Part shown: positions 1 to 7,914 of the stretch, in pieces
Layout of the letters: each line of letters starts with the position of its first letter
Position numbering within the stretch: the first letter of the stretch is position 1
DNA from: an uncultured virus (IMG/VR IMGVR_UViG_3300030380_004460)
Lineage: Duplodnaviria > Heunggongvirae > Uroviricota > Caudoviricetes
IMG/VR virus record: IMGVR_UViG_3300030380_004460
Strand: one strand, 5' to 3'
DNA length: 64,000 nt
Translations under genes and position numbers: made by a program
Notes under the pieces: generated by a model
Database searches by the model: none
The model's input: the letters and a program-made list of their open reading frames with translations, nothing else
Told to the model about the DNA's origin: nothing

Positions 1-23
1 CCCACCCCGCCACAGCTAAACAA

Positions 24-265
24 TCTCATCGCAGCAAAATATTCTCATCGCAGCAAAGATAGCGGGGGGCCCGGCACAACGCTGTGCTGCGTCGCAAGGT
101 TTCTCACAGCAGAACACCTTTCTCACGGCAAAACGTATTGCTCAGAGCAATTCTCATTTGCTGCAGCAAAGCCCATTCACCCCGCAAACCCCGCAAAATA
201 TTGCGAGCAGTTTTTTAAGACTTGCTCAGGTCTCACGCAGTCAGCTCGGATATCCCCAACCGAGC
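24..265. repeat. Degenerate TCTCA-n(1-3)-GCA repeat array with short palindromes
   Basis: TCTCATCGCAGCAAA occurs at 24 and 43, with variants near 101, 120, 151 and 231. Palindromes: TTTGCTGCAGCAAA (157-170), TTGCTC-A-GAGCAA (138-150), CGCAA-aata-TTGCG (192-205), GCTCGG..CCGAGC (244-265). No ORF in the track. Confidence 0.7.
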
Positions 266-272
266 GTTTAGC

Positions 273-557
273 TTACGGCAGGGATTTGTCGATTGCTGGT
301 TGTCTGTAGTCTTTCAGTTGTAAAGACATTACGGCGTTCATATGATTGAGCTGGGTTTCAAGGACTATAATATCCTCAACCTTTTGCTCTAATCTCTTGA
401 CAAGGTGACCCACCCCCAGAGCGTGGTCAGCAGTGTCAGCGATTGCCTCAGTTATACGGCGTGTTTCAGCTTTGAGTTTTCTCAGAGCCATAGTCACCTT
501 TAGCCATTGCCAAAGGTCGTAGCTTGCTTCGATTTTATCCATTTGTCTTTGTGGCAT
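273..557 (-). CDS. Hypothetical coiled-coil protein
   Basis: 94 aa ORF, helical character, same strand as its neighbours. Confidence 0.55.
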   Translation of the reverse strand: MPQRQMDKIEASYDLWQWLKVTMALRKLKAETRRITEAIADTADHALGVGHLVKRLEQKVEDIIVLETQLNHMNAVMSLQLKDYRQPAIDKSLP

Positions 558-562
558 AAATG

Positions 563-668
563 TATACAGCAGGTCACTCCTCTGTGGGTCATTGTGATTT
601 ACTGCTGTGCCCCACTCCCGCTAAGTCTGTTTAACCCCCACTTAGCGGGCTAGGGTCTTCTGCGTATA
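563..668 (-). ncRNA. Candidate structured intergenic RNA (multi-stem)
   Basis: Perfect 10 bp stem CCCGCTAAGT/ACTTAGCGGG (617-626/640-649), second stem GUGGGGCA/UGACCCAC and closing stem UAUAC-GCAG/CUGC-U-GUAUA. GC-rich within an AT-rich genome. Confidence 0.45.
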
Positions 669-691
669 TTATCGGGGATACGTTCCTAAGT

Positions 692-1069
692 TTACTCTTG
701 TAACAGAGCGACTAAATCGGCCTTTTCTTCAGCAGTTAAACTTTTAGCATCGTTTTTCAACTTTGCCTTGAGCTTTTCTACTTGAGTCAAAGGACCCATA
801 GCTTTTGATAACCGGATTCTCCAGCAGCTAAAGAAGTCTCTAGCTATCTGTGCCTCGGCGCTTTTAGTCTTGGACTCGGCAAGGCGAGCTAACTCAAAGA
901 GAGTTTTGCCACCTTGGACTCGTAGACCACGCTTTGACGGGTTATCAACCCCTAGGGCTCGCATTACGGCGGGCCAATCGTCGTTCAGTATACGTAAGTA
1001 GGCATACTTAGGTCCGTCTTCTGTAGAAGACATATTTGCGTATGTTCTTAAGTTACTTGCGATGTTCAC
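692..1069 (-). CDS. Hypothetical early protein
   Basis: 125 aa ORF with GTG start, about 30 nt downstream of a TTATATATA box at ~1099-1110. Confidence 0.6.
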   Translation of the reverse strand: MNIASNLRTYANMSSTEDGPKYAYLRILNDDWPAVMRALGVDNPSKRGLRVQGGKTLFELARLAESKTKSAEAQIARDFFSCWRIRLSKAMGPLTQVEKLKAKLKNDAKSLTAEEKADLVALLQE

Positions 1070-1316
1070 TTAAGAAGTAATAATTAGAAGGTTTGGTCAT
1101 ATATATAATTTATGCCGTAGCAATTCACTAATAAAATGGCGTTTTGTCGACGATAGAACATACAAAATCACTGTATACCCCCCGTGTAAAAAAATAGTGC
1201 CACTATGCACATATATTCATCCACCCCCTTAAACAAATCGGGGTAAATTTTGAACCTAAAAAAAATCGGGGACATATTTTGAGCCCAGTCCCCTTGGGCT
1301 TAATGAAAGAAAGAAA

Positions 1317-1745
1317 CTATTTAGTTTCGTCTAGGGCAGATTTGATTTTGCCTTTGACTAAACCTTTTAGTTCATCGTCTTTTTCATCCCAAGCTGTTAG
1401 AACAACATTCCTTAGAAGGTCGTCTTTGACTTGAGTCTTGAGTGTTTCATCAAGTTTTTCGTAGGCCTTTTGTTGGGCCTTTGTTAGATTTTCTTCCAAC
1501 AGTGCTTCGATTTGAGCATCGTACTGTTTAAGGTACTTGTTCAAAACTGGCATTAGTGCGGCTTTTACAGCTGGGTTCGTATAACATACGAAAGCAACTA
1601 AAGCTGCGACTGCTGCCAATAGTGCGAGGACCATTGGTTCTTCTAACAAACCTGTTTCCTCAACGACACTAAGAATATCTGCGGTACTGTTACCGGCAGT
1701 TTCATTAGTTGCAGTTGAGTTATTGTCTGCTGTTGTATTATTCAT
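1317..1745 (-). CDS. Single-pass membrane protein with N-terminal N-glycosylation sequons
   Basis: N-terminus MNNTTADNNSTATNETAGNST, hydrophobic helix VLALLAAVAALVAFVCY, charged helical C-terminus; GAGGT RBS upstream. Confidence 0.75.
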   Translation of the reverse strand: MNNTTADNNSTATNETAGNSTADILSVVEETGLLEEPMVLALLAAVAALVAFVCYTNPAVKAALMPVLNKYLKQYDAQIEALLEENLTKAQQKAYEKLDETLKTQVKDDLLRNVVLTAWDEKDDELKGLVKGKIKSALDETK

Positions 1746-1789
1746 TTTTCTACCTCGAGGTGGGTGCCATTGTGGTCACCCGTTAATAA

Positions 1790-2725
1790 TTACTTTTTCT
1801 TGCTATATATACCTTTTGGTTTACAGGGCTTTTTATAAAAGGCACACCATTTACAGAGGGTTTGTGGCACCATTTCATACTGCTCAACGTCGTCCCCCCT
1901 TTTTTTAATTTCGTTGTGTATGCCTTTGATAAGCTCCCGCGCTTCTCGAAGGTTTTCATCATTGATTGCTACGAACATTATGTCGTCATATCGTAACCAG
2001 TCGATACCTGCAAACTTTGGTACAACGCCGGTTTCTTCATAATACATCAGTGCGTATATGATAAGCTGGCGGTAATATTCTTCGGGGAGCCAATGTCCGT
2101 ACCTTTTACTAGTTTTGTAGTCTACAATCGAGATATTATCTTCGAAATCTTTTGCGACTACATCTACAATACCGCGAATAGACAATTCTTTGTTGTGTAT
2201 ACGCATTTCAGCAAAGTGTGGACGGAGTTGTTTCAACGCCATATCCTTTGTCCTAGCGACTTTCCAGTCAACTAGTTCATACAGTTTCTTTTCGATACGG
2301 TGACAAAAGTTTACAAGTAAATCAATTGTTTCCCTTTCCATTACATCTGCGTCAATCTTTGGGTCTTGAAATAACCAAGGCATTTTTTCTTTACGTGCTT
2401 CCCATTGTTGGCGAAATTCTAGGATAGCCCATTCTTGGGGCTCCCCGTTTCTCCACTGACTTGGATATTTGTATTCTACATCGAATATTCGTTCAAGTAT
2501 ATCGTGTACAATGGTACCCCGAAAAAGGTGTAACGTTAACTTGTCAGGTAGTTTCTCGATATACCTATGGTAAAAATTTCGGGGGCACTGAAGGAAGGTG
2601 TTAATTTTCGAAGGCGATAACGGTAGGTTACTCGGACTCCAATCATCAACCTCAACTTCAGTATTTTGGTCACCGATATTTACGGTGAAAGATGCGCTAT
2701 TATGTGCGAATTCTTTTTCTGTCAT
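1790..2725 (-). CDS. Cas4/AddB-like PD-(D/E)XK exonuclease with Fe-S cysteines
   Basis: SPSKINTFLQCPR, GTIVHDILE, GIVDVV, IVDYKTS, QLIIYA, CKWC..C. Start placed at the ATG at 2725 because the TATA box at 2746-2754 is too close to the ATG at 2740. Confidence 0.85.
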   Translation of the reverse strand: MTEKEFAHNSASFTVNIGDQNTEVEVDDWSPSNLPLSPSKINTFLQCPRNFYHRYIEKLPDKLTLHLFRGTIVHDILERIFDVEYKYPSQWRNGEPQEWAILEFRQQWEARKEKMPWLFQDPKIDADVMERETIDLLVNFCHRIEKKLYELVDWKVARTKDMALKQLRPHFAEMRIHNKELSIRGIVDVVAKDFEDNISIVDYKTSKRYGHWLPEEYYRQLIIYALMYYEETGVVPKFAGIDWLRYDDIMFVAINDENLREARELIKGIHNEIKKRGDDVEQYEMVPQTLCKWCAFYKKPCKPKGIYSKKK

Positions 2726-2745
2726 ATTTGTTTGAGGCATCAGAG

Positions 2746-2754
2746 CTATATAAA
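2746..2754 (-). promoter_or_regulatory. TATA box (TTTATATAG class)
   Basis: The identical 9-mer lies upstream of - strand genes at 2746-2754, 57293-57301 and 60656-60664. Confidence 0.6.
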
Positions 2755-2840
2755 GTTATCTAAACATATGTATAGCCAGCAATTGTTTATAGCATCTATG
2801 CTATATAGTATATGTATAATAGAGCTATAGTTTATTATTG

Positions 2841-2856
2841 ACAAAGTCTTTATATA
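2841..2856 (+). promoter_or_regulatory. BRE+TATA promoter, probably leaderless transcript
   Basis: ACAAAGTCTTTATATA; the TATA box starts about 30 nt before the ATG at 2879. Confidence 0.6.
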
Positions 2857-2878
2857 TCTTCTTGAGCAAATAAATTGT

Positions 2879-3832
2879 ATGGGTCAAAATGATTATGGTG
2901 CAATTAATGTTATTTCCGACGAAGAAAGGGAGGCTTTAGGTTTGAGTGGCCCTTCTAGACCTGACGAAGAGGAAGGTGTATTCGAACAGATTGGTAAAAC
3001 AGCTGATAAAATCGGGGAGACAAAACTAGGCCAAAAGATAGGTTCAATACTTACTGTGTTTATACTCGCGATGTTTGGTAGTGGTAATGTTGACCTTGGT
3101 CAGTTTAGTGATATATGGGGTGACGAGGATGAACCGGCAATAAAGGGAGGATGCACAGACCCTACTGCAATAAATTACAAAGCTGATGCAGACTTTGACA
3201 ACGGCAGTTGTGTATTTCCCCCGCCAGTTATCTACGGATGTACTAATCCGGAAGCCGACAACTATAACTCGGCGGCTACCCACGACAATGGACGATGTCA
3301 GTTTTTAGGTGGACCAGTTGATAACGGAACCCACAATGAAACACAAACGAATGAGACTGTTTACGGATGTATGGATTTCGACGCATTGAACTATAATGAC
3401 CGTGCAGAAGAGGATGACGGGTCTTGTGAATACGAGGAGTACGATTGTACACCTAACTCAACTTATTTTTATGATGGATTAGAATACGGAAACTATTCTA
3501 GAGAATATAACACTTTGAATATTACTGTGGATATTGATACAGACTGTGACCAAGAGGCACTGCCCGTGATGGTAGGGTATGACGTAGGACATATCAAAGT
3601 GGTAGACAACGAAACCGTGTGGAACGGTTATATGTGGAACGATTACTTTTTCAATGTCACAGGTTGGGAAGGTAATGAGTACAATCTTACATCCGGCCCA
3701 GAATGGTTTACTGAACCATACACTGGGTGGTATATGATGTATGTCAATTTGTATGCAGACTGGGGAAGAAACGGTACTTACGAATATGTAGATTATTTCT
3801 TAATAAATAATATTGTATTGGAGGAGGAATGA
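2879..3832 (+). CDS. Membrane-anchored acidic surface protein with three GC(T/M)..NY..A..D.G.C repeats
   Basis: TM-like IGSILTVFILAMFG; repeats GCTDPTAINY..DNGSC, GCTNPEADNY..DNGRC, GCMDFDALNY..DDGSC; many N-x-S/T sequons. Confidence 0.8.
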   Translation: MGQNDYGAINVISDEEREALGLSGPSRPDEEEGVFEQIGKTADKIGETKLGQKIGSILTVFILAMFGSGNVDLGQFSDIWGDEDEPAIKGGCTDPTAINYKADADFDNGSCVFPPPVIYGCTNPEADNYNSAATHDNGRCQFLGGPVDNGTHNETQTNETVYGCMDFDALNYNDRAEEDDGSCEYEEYDCTPNSTYFYDGLEYGNYSREYNTLNITVDIDTDCDQEALPVMVGYDVGHIKVVDNETVWNGYMWNDYFFNVTGWEGNEYNLTSGPEWFTEPYTGWYMMYVNLYADWGRNGTYEYVDYFLINNIVLEEE

Positions 3833-4368
3833 CGTGGTTAGTGATACTAGAGATGTTAGCTGTGATAATGGCTACAATATCTATTATATTTGCAGTAATG
3901 ATGCTTTTAACATTTTTACTAAAGTTGATACCAAGAAAATCACAACAAAAAGTAAAAGAAGTGAAGGAGATTAAAGAACAGCCAAAAAGGAGGACTAAAA
4001 AGATGAGTAAAGATACAGCAAGCGAGGGGATAACGTTTAACGACATATTTATGTTTATGATAGCAGTGCCTTTGGTTTTACTCTGGGTTGGTTTTGCAGG
4101 TTTCGTTATACACAGCGGTTTGCAAGACGATTCTGTTCTTGAGCAAATTGAAGGGTATACAACTTTGATAGCTATATTAGGTGGGCCAGCCCTTCTAATT
4201 ATCAAAGACGCCTTAGATGTTTGGAAACAAGAACAAGCAGAGAAAACCGCATTTTACAAAATGAAAGCACAGTCAGTTATAGATTATAATGCAAAAGCCC
4301 AAGAGCAAGCACAAATGATTGAAGCTAAAGACCAAGAGCAAGAACATAAAATGCAAATGAAGAAATGA
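3829..4368 (+). CDS. Multi-pass membrane protein (holin-like candidate)
   Basis: Three hydrophobic segments and a charged C-terminus; ATGA overlap with the previous gene. Confidence 0.6.
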   Translation: MTWLVILEMLAVIMATISIIFAVMMLLTFLLKLIPRKSQQKVKEVKEIKEQPKRRTKKMSKDTASEGITFNDIFMFMIAVPLVLLWVGFAGFVIHSGLQDDSVLEQIEGYTTLIAILGGPALLIIKDALDVWKQEQAEKTAFYKMKAQSVIDYNAKAQEQAQMIEAKDQEQEHKMQMKK

Positions 4369-4416
4369 CCGAAACATTTATATGTTACAATCGCATAATT
4401 AAAAATGGTGACTAAT

Positions 4417-4647
4417 ATGGTCAAATGTGAATATACTATGTGCGGAGTTGATACTCCGTTAGAAGACTTAAATCGCGTACATCACTGGCCTTGCTGCGCA
4501 AGAGAGATTACAGACCCAGTTTTACACAGTAAGATAGCTGCTAATCTAGAATCCAAAGCAAAACCAGTTGTAGAAGAAAAACCAAAGCCAAAAGCAAAAG
4601 CACCAGCTAAGAAAAAGGCTGCAAAAAAGGAGAAGAGTAAAAAATGA
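4417..4647 (+). CDS. Small protein with Cys/His N-domain and K/A/P-rich tail
   Basis: GGTGA RBS before the ATG at 4417; promoter CGAAACATTTATAT at 4370-4383. Confidence 0.65.
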   Translation: MVKCEYTMCGVDTPLEDLNRVHHWPCCAREITDPVLHSKIAANLESKAKPVVEEKPKPKAKAPAKKKAAKKEKSKK

Positions 4648-4769
4648 ACGATTTCGAAATGGAAGAGTTAAGCAAGCAAGTCAAAGGACTTCACGAATTA
4701 TTAGAAGTCTTGATGGCTAACTGTTTAGAAGATGAAGTTGATTTAGATGGCGCCAAAGAAGAAGAGTAA
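4644..4769 (+). CDS. 41 aa acidic micro-protein (below ORF-track cutoff)
   Basis: MNDFEMEELSKQVKGLHELLEVLMANCLEDEVDLDGAKEEE; ATGA overlap with the previous gene and GGAG upstream. Confidence 0.55.
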   Translation: MNDFEMEELSKQVKGLHELLEVLMANCLEDEVDLDGAKEEE

Positions 4770-4935
4770 ATCTAGAGTCAACGAGGCAGGTAACTATACT
4801 ATGCCTAGTATGAGAAGAAGATTATTCTTACGAATCAAAGCTGGTAGTAAAGGTGGAGCACCCGGGCAATGGTCTGCTCGAAAAGCTCAAATGTTAGCTA
4901 AACAATATAAATCAAAAGGTGGAGGATACAAATAA
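4747..4935 (+). CDS. Small basic protein (conserved marine-virus family, DUF5872-like N-half)
   Basis: VNEAGNYT..RIKAGSKGG.PGQWSARKAQML...YK.KGGGYK; family recognised from memory. Confidence 0.75.
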   Translation: MAPKKKSKSRVNEAGNYTMPSMRRRLFLRIKAGSKGGAPGQWSARKAQMLAKQYKSKGGGYK

Positions 4936-5102
4936 TGCCACACACACCAAACCACAGATATAAGATGTCAGGTAAAAAGGTTAAAGTTGATAAAAACGGT
5001 AAAGAGTTAACGCCTAGACAAAAGAAAATAGCAAGTCTAGCACCACCTCGCAATAAAATAACCGGGGCTGATTTTAGAGCTTTGAGAAAAAGGAGAAAGT
5101 GA
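4935..5102 (+). CDS. 55 aa small basic protein (below cutoff)
   Basis: MPHTPNHRYKMSGKKVKVDKNGKELTPRQKKIASLAPPRNKITGADFRALRKRRK; TAATG and TGATG couplings at both ends; GGAGG RBS. Confidence 0.7.
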   Translation: MPHTPNHRYKMSGKKVKVDKNGKELTPRQKKIASLAPPRNKITGADFRALRKRRK

Positions 5103-5353
5103 TGTCTTCTCGTATGAAAAAATCACAAAAGTCACTAAAAAAGTGGACAGACGAAGATTGGGGTTATGTTACTAAAGGTGACGGAAAGAAACCTAAATCT
5201 AAACGAGGTCGATATTTACCAAAAAGAGTTAGGTCAGGATTAACAAAAAGCCAGAAGGCAGCTACTAATCGTAAGAAACGTAAAGCTGGAGGAGTAGGTA
5301 GCCGGGCTAAATATTCTAAGAAAATTAGAAAAGCAGTAAGGGGGTCGAGATAA
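5102..5353 (+). CDS. Small basic protein (DUF5872-like C-half)
   Basis: KKSQKSLKKWT.E.W..RGRYLP..L...QKAATNR.KR; TGATG coupling. Confidence 0.7.
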   Translation: MSSRMKKSQKSLKKWTDEDWGYVTKGDGKKPKSKRGRYLPKRVRSGLTKSQKAATNRKKRKAGGVGSRAKYSKKIRKAVRGSR

Positions 5354-5418
5354 TGGTATACAAAAAGAAACCGATGAAAAAGAAAATGCCTAGGAAGAAA
5401 TCCGCAAGGAGATATTAG
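5353..5418 (+). CDS. 21 aa protamine-like peptide
   Basis: MVYKKKPMKKKMPRKKSARRY; TAATG coupling; fills the gap between neighbours. Confidence 0.5.
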   Translation: MVYKKKPMKKKMPRKKSARRY

Positions 5419-5419
5419 T

Positions 5420-5602
5420 ATGGTAGCAAAGAAAGTCAAGGGTGTTGACGTTTCTAAATTAACAAAGAGACAACAAGACACACTAAAGAAACATTCAGTG
5501 CATCACACTAAGAAACATATGCAATTTATGGTAAACTCTATGAAAAGAGGTACTACGTTCACAAAGGCCCATAAAAACGCAATGAAAAAAGTAGGTAAAT
5601 AA
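5420..5602 (+). CDS. Small basic protein
   Basis: LTKRQQDTLKKHSVHHTKKHM..M..G.TF..AH..AMKKVGK; GGAG RBS. Confidence 0.7.
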   Translation: MVAKKVKGVDVSKLTKRQQDTLKKHSVHHTKKHMQFMVNSMKRGTTFTKAHKNAMKKVGK

Positions 5603-5892
5603 TGCCAGCAAAAAAAGACCCTAAATTAACTAGAGCAGGAGTATCAGGTTACAATAAACCTAAAAGAACTCCTAATCATCCTAAAAAATCACACGTTGTG
5701 GTTGCTAAAGAAGGAACTAAAACTAAACTTATTAGATTTGGACAACAAGGAGTCCGAACAGCAGGCAAACCTAAGAAAGGTGAGTCTGCAAGACAAAAGG
5801 CAAGACGTAAATCATTCAAAGCACGTCACGCTAAAAATATAAAGAAAGGAAAAATGAGTGCAGCGTATTGGGCTAATAGAGTGAAATGGTAG
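5602..5892 (+). CDS. Small basic protein (conserved marine-virus family)
   Basis: GVSGYNKPKRTPNHPKKSHVVVAKEG..IRFGQQG..FKARH..SAAYWANRVKW. Confidence 0.75.
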   Translation: MPAKKDPKLTRAGVSGYNKPKRTPNHPKKSHVVVAKEGTKTKLIRFGQQGVRTAGKPKKGESARQKARRKSFKARHAKNIKKGKMSAAYWANRVKW

Positions 5893-6245
5893 AAGAATCA
5901 GTTCGAGAGTACGAAAGTAGACTCAGACAACGTGTTGGTGAAGGAGAATATGAACGTCATAAAGAACTTGTTATACTTCTGGCACGAAATCTTGCTATTG
6001 AAGACTTGCTTTGGCAAGAAATTCTTATATCTATTCGGGATGTTGACGCTCGAACAGAGTTATTGCGACAACGCAACACAATTGTTAAGGATATTCATAC
6101 TGAGTTCCGCGCTCTTAATATTGAAATACCTACATTGGTAGAACAAAAGACCGAAAATTTTATGAACTTCCTAGGAGATTTAGAAGAAGATGATACCAGT
6201 AAAGAACCAGAAAGAAATGAAAGCAGCTCTGACGGGTCAGAATAG
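5886..6245 (+). CDS. Probable terminase small subunit
   Basis: Helical 119 aa protein immediately upstream of, and overlapping, the large terminase; call is from position only. Confidence 0.5.
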   Translation: MVEESVREYESRLRQRVGEGEYERHKELVILLARNLAIEDLLWQEILISIRDVDARTELLRQRNTIVKDIHTEFRALNIEIPTLVEQKTENFMNFLGDLEEDDTSKEPERNESSSDGSE

Positions 6246-7869
6246 ATTTGACTCGCAAAATTTAGAGAAGTTTTTCGAAGAAATACGCAAACATCCTAAG
6301 AAAATGGAAAAGTTAGTGCGAACTTTCTGTGAAACGTACCTTTTAGATGCAAAACAACGTCCTTTACGTGTTAGACCACTACAAATGAAGATTATTGTAC
6401 AATCTTTGACATATCCTGATGGAAATTCTGAAAAACACCGTAAATTAGCTATATTAGCCCCAAGAGGTAGTGGTAAATCGTGGGCATTGTCAATTGCAGT
6501 CGTTATTTTTATGTTTTTTAAGAGATTCAGAGACCTTGTGTTCGTTTTAGCTCCCACAGAGGACCAAGCCGCCCTGATTTTCAATTATGTGTACAGACAT
6601 TTTAAAGATAATACATTTTTAGATTCCTTAGTAGATAATTATAAACTACATAACAAACCGCATATCAAAATGCGAGGCGGTACTATCTTGCGTCGGGCGC
6701 CGGTGGCGCCCTCCAATCAGGGACAATCTATTCGTGGGCAGCACCCAACACTTTTAATAGTTGACGAGTCACCTTTAATATCAGATGAGTTGTTCATCGA
6801 TAATGTAGAGCCAGCGATAGTCGCAAACAAAGCACCGTTTATCAATCTCGGTACTCCTAAAAGTAAGGAGAATCATATGTATCGATATTTATTTGATGAG
6901 GGGTATGCAGATACTTTCAGTCGTTTGCACTTTACTTGGAAAGATGCCATCATAAAAGGGGAAGCTTACAGTCCACCATATGATGAAGAAGATATGTTGA
7001 ATAAAATGTTAGAATGGGGAGAGGACTCCCTGCACTGGAAAACAGAATACGAATGTGAATTTGTGGAGAGTATATCTAATGTATTTACACCAACCGGACT
7101 ACGAGAGTGTTTTGATGACTACCAACTACTTACCCCCGAAAACGCTGACGAATCAGGAGAGACAGGTACAAATAATACTGTGGCTGTTGACATTGGGAAA
7201 TCTGTTAATTCTACTGTTATTAGTGTATGGAGGACTGAAAAAGGACCTGACAACAATATTGCACGATTATTATATTTGGAAGAAATCGGACCTAAGTCAG
7301 GGGGGCACGATATACCTTATCAAAGAAGTCGTATTATGGACGTCGCTGTTGATTTTAATGCGGCTCGCGTTATTATCGATGCTACAGGTATTGGAGGTGC
7401 TGTCGAACAAGAAATAAGAATGGCTTGTATACCATTGAGTATACATTTCATACCGTTCGTATTTACTGGAGGAGCTAAAGGCAGTAAAACATATGCTTAC
7501 AGGGATTTTGTATCTTTTGTTCAGCAGGGTCTTATCAAGGTACCTGACATCGAAAGACAAGAAGGAACCGCCAAAAAACTAATGTGGAAGTGGTATCGTG
7601 AACACGTAGACTTAGAATACGTTATGGATGCCTCTCAGAAAACAGAGAAAATATCTGCACCATCAAACAAACACGATGATTATTGTGATAGTAGTGTATT
7701 AGGTGTACACGCAGCTTTATCTATGTTACCAGCAGACAGTATGTTAGGTACAATCAATGTTAGAAAGCGTGGTACAAGAAAACCAGTAAGTAGATACGGC
7801 GGAGGCGGTATAACTACTAGCGGAAGACGTCGTTCAGCTCCAAAAAAGCGATTTATGCGTGGTATTTGA
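6190..7869 (+). CDS. terL: Terminase large subunit
   Basis: Walker A APRGSGKS, VLAPT..QA, IRG, Walker B LLIVDE, GTP coupling motif, RNase H-like AVDIG / IDATGIG / KHDD. Confidence 0.95.
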   Translation: MIPVKNQKEMKAALTGQNRFDSQNLEKFFEEIRKHPKKMEKLVRTFCETYLLDAKQRPLRVRPLQMKIIVQSLTYPDGNSEKHRKLAILAPRGSGKSWALSIAVVIFMFFKRFRDLVFVLAPTEDQAALIFNYVYRHFKDNTFLDSLVDNYKLHNKPHIKMRGGTILRRAPVAPSNQGQSIRGQHPTLLIVDESPLISDELFIDNVEPAIVANKAPFINLGTPKSKENHMYRYLFDEGYADTFSRLHFTWKDAIIKGEAYSPPYDEEDMLNKMLEWGEDSLHWKTEYECEFVESISNVFTPTGLRECFDDYQLLTPENADESGETGTNNTVAVDIGKSVNSTVISVWRTEKGPDNNIARLLYLEEIGPKSGGHDIPYQRSRIMDVAVDFNAARVIIDATGIGGAVEQEIRMACIPLSIHFIPFVFTGGAKGSKTYAYRDFVSFVQQGLIKVPDIERQEGTAKKLMWKWYREHVDLEYVMDASQKTEKISAPSNKHDDYCDSSVLGVHAALSMLPADSMLGTINVRKRGTRKPVSRYGGGGITTSGRRRSAPKKRFMRGI

Positions 7870-7870
7870 A

Positions 7871-7902
7871 CAAAATTTTATATACTAGCGAAACTTTATA
7901 TA
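7871..7902 (+). promoter_or_regulatory. Tandem BRE+TATA promoters for the head operon
   Basis: CAAAATTTTATATA and CGAAACTTTATATA. Confidence 0.6.
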
Positions 7903-7914
7903 TTGTGATAGCAA

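Noticed and set aside
24..265. Mini-CRISPR array (given the Cas4-like gene nearby)
   Set aside because: Repeats are at most 15 nt, degenerate and irregularly spaced, with no spacer-length unique segments.
1790..2740. True CRISPR-associated cas4
   Set aside because: No other cas genes or array; stand-alone Cas4-like nucleases are common in viral recombination modules.
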